Positions 44,879 to 58,857 of a stretch of 64,000 bases of DNA are shown here, piece by piece (the first letter of the stretch is position 1; each line of letters begins with the position of its first letter). Source of the stretch: Eledone cirrhosa (lineage: Eukaryota); NCBI GenBank assembly GCA_964016885.1, contig OZ024744.1:103292001-103356000 (forward strand), in the 5' to 3' direction. The translations under genes and the position numbers were made by a program. A model generated the notes under the pieces. That model was not told the origin of the DNA and ran no database searches. It saw only the letters and a program-made list of their open reading frames with translations.

Positions 44879-47338
44879 AGGTTATCATGTTTATGACACA
44901 GACGAATGTAGTAGGTGTGTATATCACCAACACTAGGTAGGTTATCATGTTTATGACATAGAAGAATGTAGTAGGTGTGTATATCACCAACACTAGGTAG
45001 GTTATCATGTTTATGACATAGAAGAATGTAGTAGGTGTGTAAATCACCAACACTAGGTAGGTTATCATGTTTATGACATAGAAGAATGTAGTAGGTGTGT
45101 ATATCACCAACACTAGGTAGGTTATCATGTTTATGACATAGAAGAATGTAGTAGGTGTGTATATCACCAACACTAGGTAGGTTATCATGTTTATGACATA
45201 GAAGAATGTAGTAGGTGTGTATATCACCAACACTAGGTAGGTTATCATGTTTATGACATAGAAGAATGTAGTAGGTGTGTATATCACCAACACTAGGTAG
45301 GTTATCATGTTTATGACATAGAAGAATGTAGTAGGTGTGTATACCACCAACACTAGGTAGGTTATCATGTTTATGACACAGAAGAATGTAGTAGGTGTGT
45401 ATATCACCAACACTAGGTAGGTTATCATGTTTATGACATAGAAGAATGTAGTAGATGTGTATATCACCAACACTAGGTAGGTTATCATGTTTATGACATA
45501 GAAGAATGTAGTAGGTGTGTATACCACCAACACTAGGTAGGTTATCATGTTTATGCCACAGAAGAATGTAGTAGGTGTGTATATCACCAACACTAGGTAG
45601 GTTATCATGTTTATGACATAGAAGAATGTAGTAGATGTGTATATCACCAACACTAGGTAGGTTATCATGTTTATGACACAGAAGAATGTAGTAGGTGTGT
45701 ATATCACCAACACTAGGTAGGTTATCATGTTTATGACATAGAAGAATGTAGTAGGTGTGTATATCACCAACACTAGGTAGGTTATCATGTTTATGACATA
45801 GAAGAATGTAGTAGGTGTGTATATCACCAGCACTAGGTAGGTTATCATGTTTATGACATAGAAGAATGTAGTAGGTGTGTATATCACCAACACTAGGTAG
45901 GTTATCATGTTTATGACATAGAAGAATGTAGTAGGTGTGTATACCACCAACACTAGGTAGGTTATCATGTTTATGACATAGAAGAATATAGTAGGTGTGT
46001 ATATCACCAACACTAGGTAGGTTATCATGTTTATGACACAGAAGAATGTAGTAGGTGTGTATATCACCAACACTAGGTAGGTTATCATGTTTATGACACA
46101 GAAGAATGTAGTAGGTGTGTATATCACCAACACTAGGTAGGTTATCATGTTTATGACATAGAAGAATATAGTAGGTGTGTATATCACCAACACTAGGTAG
46201 GTTATCATGTTTATGACATAGAAGAATGTAGTAGGTGTGTATATCACCAACACTAGGTAGGTTATCATGTTTATGACACAGAAGAATGTAGTAGGTGTGT
46301 ATATCACCAACACTAGGTAGGTTATCATGTTCATGACATAGAAGAATATAATAGGTGTGTAAATCACCAACACTAGGTAGGTTATCATGTTTATGACATA
46401 GAAGAATGTAGTAGGTGTGTATATCACCAGCACTAGGTAGGTTATCATGTTTATGACATAGAAGAATGTAGTAGGTGTGTATATCACCAACACTAGGTAG
46501 GTTATCATGTTTATGACATAGAAGAATGTAGTAGGTGTGTATACCACCAACACTAGGTAGGTTATCATGTTTATGACATAGAAGAATATAGTAGGTGTGT
46601 ATATCACCAACACTAGGTAGGTTATCATGTTTATGACACAGAAGAATGTAGTAGGTGTGTATATCACCAACACTAGGTAGGTTATCATGTTTATGACACA
46701 GAAGAATGTAGTAGGTGTGTATATCACCAACACTAGGTAGGTTATCATGTTTATGACATAGAAGAATATAGTAGGTGTGTATATCACCAACACTAGGTAG
46801 GTTATCATGTTTATGACATAGAAGAATGTAGTAGGTGTGTATATCACCAACACTAGGTAGGTTATCATGTTTATGACACAGAAGAATGTAGTAGGTGTGT
46901 ATATCACCAACACTAGGTAGGTTATCATGTTCATGACATAGAAGAATATAATAGGTGTGTAAATCACCAACACTAGGTAGGTTATCATGTTTATGACACA
47001 GAAGAGTGTAGTAGGTGTGTATATCACCAACACTAGGTAGGTTATCATGTTTATGACACAGAAGAATGTAGTAGGTGTGTATATCACCAACACTAGGTAG
47101 GGTATCATGTTTATGACATAGAAGAATGTAGTAGTTGTGTACATCACCAACACTAGGTAGGCTATCATGTTTATGACACAGAAGATTGTAGTAGGTGTGT
47201 ATATCACCAACACTAGGTAGGTTATCATGTTTATGACACAGAAGATTGTAGTAGGTGTGTATATCACCAACACTAGGTAGGTTATCATGTTTATGACACA
47301 GAAGAATGTAGTAGGTGTGTATATCACCAACACTAGGT
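42419..47338. repeat. 41-monomer (2460-bp) tandem duplication, each copy containing a 10-monomer (600-bp) duplication
   Basis: The ttcatg...aatataata monomer occurs in lines 43861/44461 and 46321/46921. atgcca 43081/45541 and gagtgta 44521/46981 recur at +2460. Confidence 0.92.
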
Positions 47339-48238
47339 AGGTTATCATGTTTATGACACAGAAGAATGTAGTAGGTGTGTAAATCACTAACACTAGGTAG
47401 GTTATCATGTTTATGACATAGAAGAATGTAGTAGGTGTGTATATCACCAACACTAGGTAGGTTATCATGTTTATGACACAGAAGAATGTAGTAGGTGTGT
47501 AAATCACTAACACTAGGTAGGTTTTCATGTTTATGACACAGAAGAATGTAGTAGGTGTGTGTATCACCAACACTAGGTAGGTTATCATGTTTATGACATA
47601 GAAGAATGTAGTAGGTGTGTAAATCACTAACACTAGGTAGGTTATCATGTTTATGACACAGAAGAATATAGTAGGTGTGTATATCACCAACACTAGGTAG
47701 GTTATCATGTTTATGACACAGAAGAATGTAGTAGGTGTGTATATCACCAACACTAGGTAGGTTATCATGTTTATGACATAGAAGAATGTAGTAGGTGTGT
47801 ATATCACCAACACTAGGTAGGTTATCATGTTTATGACATAGAAGAATGTAGTAGGTGTGTAAATCACCAACACTAGGTAGGTTATCATGTTTATGACATA
47901 GAAGAATGTAGTAGGTGTGTATATCACCAACCCTAGGTAGGTTATCATGTTTATGACATAGAAGAATGTAGTAGGTGTGTATATCACCAACACTAGGTAG
48001 GTTATCATGTTTATGACATAGAAGAATGTAGTAGGTGTGTAAATCACCAACACTAGGTAGGTTATCATGTTTATGACATAGAAGAATGTAGTAGGTGTGT
48101 ATATCACCAACACTAGGTAGGTTATCATGTTTATGACATAGAAGAATGTAGTAGGTGTGTATATCACCAACACTAGGTAGGTTATCATATTTATGACTTA
48201 GAAGAATGTAGTAGGTGTGTATATCACCAACACTAGGT

Positions 48239-51200
48239 AGGTTATCATGTTTATGACACAGAAGAATGTAGTAGGTGTGTATATCACCAACACTAGGTAG
48301 CTTATCATGTTTATGACACAGAAGAATGTAGTAGGTGTGTATATCACCAACACTGGGTAGGTTATCATGTTTATGACACAGAAGAATGTAGTAGGTGTGT
48401 ATATCACCAACACTAGGTAGGTTATCATGTTTATGACACAGAAGAATGTAGTAGGTGTGTATATCACCAACACTAGGTAGGTTATCATGTTTATGACACA
48501 GAAGAATGTAGTAGGTGTGTATATCACCAACACTAGGTAGATTATCATGTTTATGACACAGAAGAATGTAGTAGGTGTGTATATCACTAACACTAGGTAG
48601 GTTATCATGTTTATGACATAGAAGAATGTAGTAGGTGTGTATATCACCAACACTAGGTAGCTTATCATGTTTATGACACAGAAGAATGTAGTAGGTGTGT
48701 ATATCACTAACACTAAGTAGATTATCATGTTTATGACATAGAAGAATGTAGTAGGTGTGTATATCACCAACACTGGGTAGGTTATCATGTTTATGACATA
48801 GAAGAATATAGTAGGTGTGTAAATCACCAACACTAGGTAGGTTATCATGTTTATGACACAGAAGAATGTAGTAGGTGTGTATATCACCAACGCTAGGTAG
48901 GTTATCATGTTGATGACATAGAAGAATGTAGTAGGGGTGTATATCACCAACACTAGGTAGGTTATCATGTTTATGACATAGAAGAATGTAGTAGGTGTGT
49001 AAATCACCAACACTAGGTAGGTTATCATGTTTATGACACAGAAGAATGTAGTAGGTGTGTGTATCACCAACACTAGGTAGGTTATCATGTTTATGATACA
49101 GAAGAATGTAGTAGGTGTGTATATCACTAACACTAGGTAGGTTATCATGTTTATGACATACAAGAATGTAGTAGGTGTGTATATCACCAACACTAGGTAG
49201 GTTATCATGTTTATGACATAGAAGAATATAGTAGGTGTGTATATCACCAACACTGGGTAGGTTATCATGTTTATGACATAGAAGAATCTAGTAGGTGTGT
49301 AAATCACTAACACTAGGTAGGTTATCATGTTTATGACATAGAAGAATGTAGTAGGTGTGTATATCACCAACACTAGGTAGGTTATCATGTTTATGACATA
49401 GAAGAATGTAGTAGGTGTGTATACCACCAACACTAGGTAGGTTATCATGTTTATGACATAGAAGAATATAGTAGGTGTGTATATCACCAACACTAGGTAG
49501 GTTATCATGTTTATGACACAGAAGAATGTAGTAGGTGTGTATATCACTAACACTAGGTAGGTTATCATGTTTATGACACAGAAGAATGTAGTAGGTGTGT
49601 ATATCACCAACACTAGGTAGGTTATCATGTTTATGACATAGAAGAATATAGTAGGTGTGTATATCACCAACACTAGGTAGGTTATCATGTTTATGACACA
49701 GAAGAATGTAGTAGGTGTGTATATCACCAACACTAGGTAGGTTATCATGTTTATGACACAGAAGAATGTAGTAGGTGTGTATATCACCAACACTAGGTAG
49801 GTTATCATGTTTATGACATAGAAGAATGTAGTAGGTGTGTATATCACCAACACTAGGTAGGTTATCATGTTTATGACACAGAAGAATGTAGTAGGTGTGT
49901 ATATCACCAACACTAGGTAGGTTAACATGTTTATGACACAGAAGAATGTAGTAGGTGTGTATATCACCAACACTAGGTAGGTTATCATGTTTATGACATA
50001 GAAGAATATAGTAGGTGTGTAAATCACCAACACTGTGTAGGTTATCATGTTTATGACATAGAAGAATGTAGTAGGTGTGTATATCACCAACACTAGGTAG
50101 GTTATCATGTTTATGACATAGAAGAATGTAGTAGGTGTGTATATCACCAACCCTAGGTAGGTTATCATGTTTATGACATAGAAGAATGTAGTAGGTGTGT
50201 ATATCACCATCACTAGGTAGGTTATCATGTTTATGACATAGAAGAATGTAGTAGGTGTGTAAATCACCAACACTAGGTAGGTTATCATATTTATGACATA
50301 GAAGAATGTAGTAGGTGTGTATATCACCAACACTAGGTAGGTTATCATCTTTATGACATAGAAGAATGTAGTAGGTGTGTATATCACCAACACTGGGTAG
50401 GTTATCATGTTTATGACATAGAAGAATGTAGTAGGTGTGTATATCACCAGCACTAGGTAGGTTATCATGTTTATGACATAGAAGAATGTAGTAGGTGTGT
50501 ATATCACCAACACTAGGTAGGTTATCATGTTTATGACATAGAAGAATGTAGTAGGTGTGTATACCACCAACACTAGGTAGGTTATCATTTTATGACATAG
50601 AAGAATATAGTAGGTGTGTATATCACCAACACTAGGTAGGTTATCATGTTTATGACACAGAAGAATGTAGTAGGTGTGTATATCACCAACACTAGGTAGG
50701 TTATCATGTTTATGACACAGAAGAATGTAGTAGGTGTGTAAATCACTAACACTAGGTAGGTTATCATGTTTATGACATAGAAGAATGTAGTAGGTGTGTA
50801 AATCACTAACACTAGGTAGGTTATCATGTTTATGACACAGTAGAATGTAGTAGGTGTGTGTATCACCAACACTAGGTAGGTTATCATGTTTATGACATAG
50901 AAGAATGTAGTAGGTGTGTAAATCACTAACACTAGGTAGGTTATCATGTTTATGACACAGAAGAATATAGTAGGTGTGTATATCACCAACACTAGGTAGG
51001 TTATCATGTTTATGACACAGAAGAATGTAGTAGGTGTGTATATCACCAACACTAGGTAGGTTATCATGTTTATGACATAGAAGAATGTAGTAGGTGTGTA
51101 TATCACCAACACTAGGTAGGTTATCATGTTTATGACACAGAAGAATGTAGTAGGTGTGTATATCACCAACACTAGGTAGGTTATCATGTTTATGACACAG

Positions 51201-53577
51201 AAGAATGTAGTAGGTGTGTATATCACCAACACTAGGTAGCTTATCATGTTTATGACATAGAAGAATGTAGTAGGTGTGTATATCACCAACACTAGGTAGG
51301 TTATCATGTTTATGACACAGAAGAATGTAGTAGGTGTGTATATCACCAACACTAGGTAGGTTATCATGTTTATGACACAGAAGAATGTAGTAGGTGTGTA
51401 TATCACCAACACTAGGTAGATTATCATGTTTATGACACAGAAGAATGTAGTAGGTGTGTATATCACTAACACTAGGTAGGTTATCATGTTTATGACATAG
51501 AAGAATGTAGTAGGTGTGTATATCACCAACACTAGGTAGCTTATCATGTTTATGACACAGAAGAATGTAGTAGGTGTGTATATCACTAACACTAAGTAGA
51601 TTATCATGTTTATGACATAGAAGAATGTACTAGGTGTGTATATCACCAACACTGGGTAGGTTATCATGTTTATGACATAGAAGAATATAGTAGGTGTGTA
51701 AATCACCAACACTAGGTAGGTTATCATGTTTATGACACAGAAGAATGTAGTAGGTGTGTATATCACCAACGCTAGGTAGGTTATCATGTTGATGACATAG
51801 AAGAATGTAGTAGGGGTGTATATCACCAACACTAGGTAGGTTATCATGTTTATGACATAGAAGAATGTAGTAGGTGTGTAAATCACCAACACTAGGTAGG
51901 TTATCATGTTTATGACACAGAAGAATGTAGTAGGTGTGTGTATCACCAACACTAGGTAGGTTATCATGTTTATGAGACAGAAGAATGTAGTAGGTGTGTA
52001 TATCACTAACACTAGGTAGGTTATCATGTTTATGACATACAAGAATGTAGTAGGTGTGTATATCACCAACACTAGGTAGGTTATCATGTTTATGACATAG
52101 AAGAATATAGTAGGTGTGTATATCACCAACACTAGGTAGGTTATCATGTTTATGACATAGAAGAATCTAGTAGGTGTGTAAATCACTAACACTAGGTAGG
52201 TTATCATGTTTATGACATAGAAGAATGTAGTAGGTGTGTATATCACCAACACTAGGTAGGTTATCATGTTTATGACATAGAAGAATGTAGTAGGTGTGTA
52301 TACAACCAACACTAGGTAGGTTATCATGTTTATGACATAGAAGAATATAGTAGGTGTGTATATCACCAACACTAGGTAGGTTATCATGTTTATGACACAG
52401 AAGAATGTAGTAGGTGTGTATATCACTAACACTAGGTAGGTTATCATGTTTATGACACAGAAGAATGTAGTAGGTGTGTATATCACCAACACTAGGTAGG
52501 TTATCATGTTTATGACATAGAAGAATATAGTAGGTGTGTATATCACCAACACTAGGTAGGTTATCATGTTTATGACACAGAAGAATGTAGTAGGTGTGTA
52601 TAACACCAACACTAGGTAGGTTATCATGTTTATGACACAGAAGAATGTAGTAGGTGTGTATATCACCAACACTAGGTAGGTTATCATGTTTATGACATAG
52701 AAGAATGTAGTAGGTGTGTATATCACCAACACTAGGTAGGTTATCATGTTTATGACACAGAAGAATGTAGTAGGTGTGTATATCACCAACACTAGGTAGG
52801 TTTACATGTTTATGACACAGAAGAATGTAGTAGGTGTGTATATCACCAACACTAGGTAGGTTATCATGTTTATGACATAGAAGAATATAGTAGGTGTGTA
52901 AATCACCAACACTGTGTAGGTTATCATGTTTATGACATAGAAGAATGTAGTAGGTGTGTATATCACCAACACTAGGTAGGTTATCATGTTTATGACATAG
53001 AAGAATGTAGTAGGTGTGTATATCACCAACCCTAGGTAGGTTATCATGTTTATGACATAGAAGAATGTAGTAGGTGTGTATATCACCATCACTAGGTAGG
53101 TTATCATGTTTATGACATAGAAGAATGTAGTAGGTGTGTAAATCACCAACACTAGGTAAGTTATCATATTTATGACATAGAAGAATGTAGTAGGTGTGTA
53201 TATCACCAACACTAGGTAGGTTATCATGTTTATGACATAGAAGAATGTAGTAGGTGTGTATATCACCAACACTGGGTAGGTTATCATGTTTATGACATAG
53301 AAGAATGTAGTAGGTGTGTATATCACCAGCACTAGGTAGGTTATCATGTTTATGACATAGAAGAATGTAGTAGGTGTGTATATCACCAACACTAGGTAGG
53401 TTATCATGTTTATGACATAGAAGAATGTAGTAGGTGTGTATACCACCAACACTAGGTAGGTTATCATGTTTATGACATAGAAGAATATAGTAGGTGTGTA
53501 TATCACCAACACTAGGTAGGTTATCATGTTTATGACACAGAAGAATGTAGTAGGTGTGTATATCACCAACACTAGGT
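48239..53577. repeat. About 48-monomer duplication (offset 2879) rich in private variants
   Basis: actaag in lines 48661/51541, acgcta 48841/51721, ttgatg 48901/51781, acatac 49141/52021, aatcta 49261/52141 and actgtg 49981/52861. Several copy-specific differences are present. Confidence 0.9.
50587..50591. other. 1-bp deletion of G in a monomer (59-bp unit)
   Basis: catgtttatg reads cattttatg, and the phase shifts by a further -1. Confidence 0.95.
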
Positions 53578-56500
53578 AGGTTATCATGTTTATGACACAG
53601 AAGAATGTAGTAGGTGTGTATATCACCAACACTAGGTAGGTTATCATGTTTATGACATAGAAGAATATAGTAGGTGTGTATATCACCAACACTAGGTAGG
53701 TTATCATGTTTATGACATAGAAGAATGTAGTAGGTGTGTATATCACCAACACTAGGTAGGTTATCATGTTTATGACACAGAAGAATGTAGTAGGTGTGTA
53801 TATCACCAACACTAGGTAGGTTATCATGTTTATGACATAGAAGAATGTAGTAGTTGTGTACATCACCAACACTAGGTAGGCTATCATGTTTATGACACAG
53901 AAGATTGTAGTAGGTGTGTATATCACCAACACTAGGTAGGTTATCATGTTTATGACACAGAAGATTGTAGTAGGTGTGTATATCACCAACACTAGGTAGG
54001 TTATCATGTTTATGACACAGAAGAATGTAGTAGGTGTGTATATCACCAACACTAGGTAGGTTATCATGTTTATGACACAGAAGAATGTAGTAGGTGTGTA
54101 AATCACTAACACTAGGTAGGTTATCATGTTTATGACATAGAAGAATGTAGTAGGTGTGTATATCACCAACACTAGGTAGGTTATCATGTTTATGACACAG
54201 AAGAATGTAGTAGGTGTGTAAATCCCTAACACTAGGTAGGTTATCATGTTTATGACACAGAAGAATGTAGTAGGTGTGTGTATCACTAACACTAGGTAGG
54301 TTATCATGTTTATGACATAGAAGAATGTAGTAGGTGTGTAAATCACTAACACTAGGTAGGCTATCATGTTTATGACACAGAAGAATATAGTAGGTATGTA
54401 TATCACCAACACTAGGTAGGTTATTATGTTTATGACACAGAAGAATGTAGTAGGTGTGTATATCACCAACACTAGGTAGGTTATCATGTTTATGACATAG
54501 AAGAATGTAGTAGGTGTGTATATCACCAACACTAGGTAGGTTATCATGTTTATGACATAGAAGAATGTATTAGGTGTGTATACCACCAACACTAGGTAGG
54601 TTATCATGTTTATGACATAGAAGAATATAGTAGGTGTGTATATCACCAACACTAGGTAGGTTATCATGTTTATGACACAGAAGAATGTAGTAGGTGTGTA
54701 TATCACCAACACTAGGTAGGTTATCATGTTTATGACACAGAAGAATGTAATAGGTGTGTATATCACCAACACTAGGTAGGTTATCATGTTTATGACATAG
54801 AAGAATATAGTAGGTGTGTATATCACCAACACTAGGTAGGTTATCATGTTTATGACATAGAAGAATGTAGTAGGTGTGTATATCACCAACACTAGGTAGG
54901 TTATCATGTTTATGACACAGAAGAATGTAGTAGGTGTGTATATCACCAACACTAGGTAGGTTATCATGTTTATGACATAGAAGAATGTAGTAGTTGTGTA
55001 CATCACCAACACTAGGTAGGCTATCATGTTTATGACACAGAAGATTGTAGTAGGTGTGTATATCACCAACACTAGGTAGGTTATCATGTTTATGACACAG
55101 AAGATTGTAGTAGGTGTGTATATCACCAACACTAGGTAGGTTATCATGTTTATGACACAGAAGAATGTAGTAGGTGTGTATATCACCAACACTAGGTAGG
55201 TTATCATGTTTATGACACAGAAGAATGTAGTAGGTGTGTAAATCACTAACACTAGGTAGGTTATCATGTTTATGACATAGAAGAATGTAGTAGGTGTGTA
55301 TATCACCAACACTAGGTAGGTTATCATGTTTATGACACAGAAGAATGTAGTAGGTGTGTAAATCACTAACACTAGGTAGGTTATCATGTTTATGACACAG
55401 AAGAATGTAGTAGGTGTGTGTATCACCAACACTAGGTAGGTTATCATGTTTATGACATAGAAGAATGTAGTAGGTGTGTAAATCACTAACACTAGGTAGG
55501 TTATCATGTTTATGACACAGAAGAATATAGTAGGTGTGTATATCACCAACACTAGGTAGGTTATCATGTTTATGACACAGAAGAATGTAGTAGGTGTGTA
55601 TATCACCAACACTAGGTAGGTTATCATGTTTATGACATAGAAGAATGTAGTAGGTGTGTATATCACCAACACTAGGTAGGTTATCATGTTTATGACACAG
55701 AAGAATGTAGTAGGTGTGTATATCACCAACACTAGGTAGGTTATCATGTTTATGACACAGAAGAATGTAGTAGGTGTGTATATCACCAACACTAGGTAGG
55801 TTATCATGCTTATGACATAGAAGAATATAGTAGGTGTGTAAATCACCAACACTGGGTAGGTTATCATGTTTATGACATAGAAGAATGTAGTAGGTGTGTA
55901 TATCAACAACACTAGGTAGGTTATCATGTTTATGACATAGAAGAATGTAGTAGGTGTGTATATCACCAACCCTAGGTAGGTTATCATGTTTATGACATAG
56001 AAGAATGTAGTAGGTGTGTATATCACCAACACTAGGTAGGTTATCATGTTTATGACATAGAAGAATGTAGTAGGTGTGTAAATCACCAACACTAGGTAGG
56101 TTATCATGTTTATGACATAGAAGAATGTAGTAGGTGTGTATATCACCAACACTAGGTAGGTTATCATGTTTATGACATAGAAGAATATAGTAGGTGTGTA
56201 TATCACCAACACTAGGTAGGTTATCATGTTTATGACACAGAAGAATGTAGTAGGTGTGTATATCACCAACACTAGGTAGGTTATCATGTTTATGACACAG
56301 AAGAATGTAGTAGGTGTGTATATCACCAACACTAGGTAGGTTATCATGTTTATGACATAGAAGAATATAGTAGGTGTGTATATCACCAACACTAGGTAGG
56401 TTATCATGTTTATGACATAGAAGAATGTAGTAGGTGTGTATATCACCAACACTAGGTAGGTTATCATGTTTATGACACAGAAGAATGTAGTAGGTGTGTA

Positions 56501-58857
56501 TATCACCAACACTAGGTAGGTTATCATGTTTATGACATAGAAGAATGTAGTAGTTGTGTACATCACCAACACTAGGTAGGCTATCATGTTTATGACACAG
56601 AAGATTGTAGTAGGTGTGTATATCACCAACACTAGGTAGGTTATCATGTTTATGACACAGAAGATTGTAGTAGGTGTGTATATCACCAACACTAGGTAGG
56701 TTATCATGTTTATGACACAGAAGAATGTAGTAGGTGTGTATATCACCAACACTAGGTAGGTTATCATGTTTATGACACAGAAGAATGTAGTAGGTGTGTA
56801 AATCACTAACACTAGGTAGGTTATCATGTTTATGACATAGAAGAATGTAGTAGGTGTGTATATCACCAACACTAGGTAGGTTATCATGTTTATGACACAG
56901 AAGAATGTAGTAGGTGTGTAAATCCCTAACACTAGGTAGGTTATCATGTTTATGACACAGAAGAATGTAGTAGGTGTGTGTATCACTAACACTAGGTAGG
57001 TTATCATGTTTATGACATAGAAGAATGTAGTAGGTGTGTAAATCACTAACACTAGGTAGGCTATCATGTTTATGACACAGAAGAATATAGTAGGTATGTA
57101 TATCACCAACACTAGGTAGGTTATTATGTTTATGACACAGAAGAATGTAGTAGGTGTGTATATCACCAACACTAGGTAGGTTATCATGTTTATGACATAG
57201 AAGAATGTAGTAGGTGTGTATATCACCAACACTAGGTAGGTTATCATGTTTATGACATAGAAGAATGTATTAGGTGTGTATACCACCAACACTAGGTAGG
57301 TTATCATGTTTATGACATAGAAGAATATAGTAGGTGTGTATATCACCAACACTAGGTAGGTTATCATGTTTATGACACAGAAGAATGTAGTAGGTGTGTA
57401 TATCACCAACACTAGGTAGGTTATCATGTTTATGACACAGAAGAATGTAATAGGTGTGTATATCACCAACACTAGGTAGGTTATCATGTTTATGACATAG
57501 AAGAATATAGTAGGTGTGTATATCACCAACACTAGGTAGGTTATCATGTTTATGACATAGAAGAATGTAGTAGGTGTGTATATCACCAACACTAGGTAGG
57601 TTATCATGTTTATGACACAGAAGAATGTAGTAGGTGTGTATATCACCAACACTAGGTAGGTTATCATGTTTATGACATAGAAGAATGTAGTAGTTGTGTA
57701 CATCACCAACACTAGGTAGGCTATCATGTTTATGACACAGAAGATTGTAGTAGGTGTGTATATCACCAACACTAGGTAGGTTATCATGTTTATGACACAG
57801 AAGATTGTAGTAGGTGTGTATATCACCAACACTAGGTAGGTTATCATGTTTATGACACAGAAGAATGTAGTAGGTGTGTATATCACCAACACTAGGTAGG
57901 TTATCATGTTTATGACACAGAAGAATGTAGTAGGTGTGTAAATCACTAACACTAGGTAGGTTATCATGTTTATGACATAGAAGAATGTAGTAGGTGTGTA
58001 TATCACGAACACTAGGTAGGTTATCATGTTTATGACACAGAAGAATGTAGTAGGTGTGTAAATCACTAACACTAGGTAGGTTATCATGTTTATGACACAG
58101 AAGAATGTAGTAGGTGTGTGTATCACCAACACTAGGTAGGTTATCATGTTTATGACATAGAAGAATGTAGTAGGTGTGTAAATCACTAACACTAGGTAGG
58201 TTATCATGTTTATGACACAGAAGAATATAGTAGGTGTGTATATCACCAACACTAGGTAGGTTATCATGTTTATGACACAGAAGAATGTAGTAGGTGTGTA
58301 TATCACCAACACTAGGTAGGTTATCATGTTTATGACATAGAAGAATGTAGTAGGTGTGTATATCACCAACACTAGGTAGGTTATCATGTTTATGACACAG
58401 AAGAATGTAGTAGGTGTGTATATCACCAACACTAGGTAGGTTATCATGTTTATGACACAGAAGAATGTAGTAGGTGTGTATATCACCAACACTAGGTAGG
58501 TTATCATGCTTATGACATAGAAGAATATAGTAGGTGTGTAAATCACCAACACTGGGTAGGTTATCATGTTTATGACATAGAAGAATGTAGTAGGTGTGTA
58601 TATCAACAACACTAGGTAGGTTATCATGTTTATGACATAGAAGAATGTAGTAGGTGTGTATATCACCAACCCTAGGTAGGTTATCATGTTTATGACATAG
58701 AAGAATGTAGTAGGTGTGTATATCACCAACACTAGGTAGGTTATCATGTTTATGACATAGAAGAATGTAGTAGGTGTGTAAATCACCAACACTAGGTAGG
58801 TTATCATGTTTATGACATAGAAGAATGTAGTAGGTGTGTATATCACCAACACTAGGT
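53458..58857. repeat. 45-monomer (2700-bp) near-perfect tandem duplication with an older internal 19-monomer duplication
   Basis: aatccct in lines 54181/56881, ttattatg 54421/57121, gtattag 54541/57241 and catgct 55801/58501 at offset 2700. The agttgtgtac cassette recurs at 53821/54961 and 56521/57661 (offset 1140). Confidence 0.93.
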
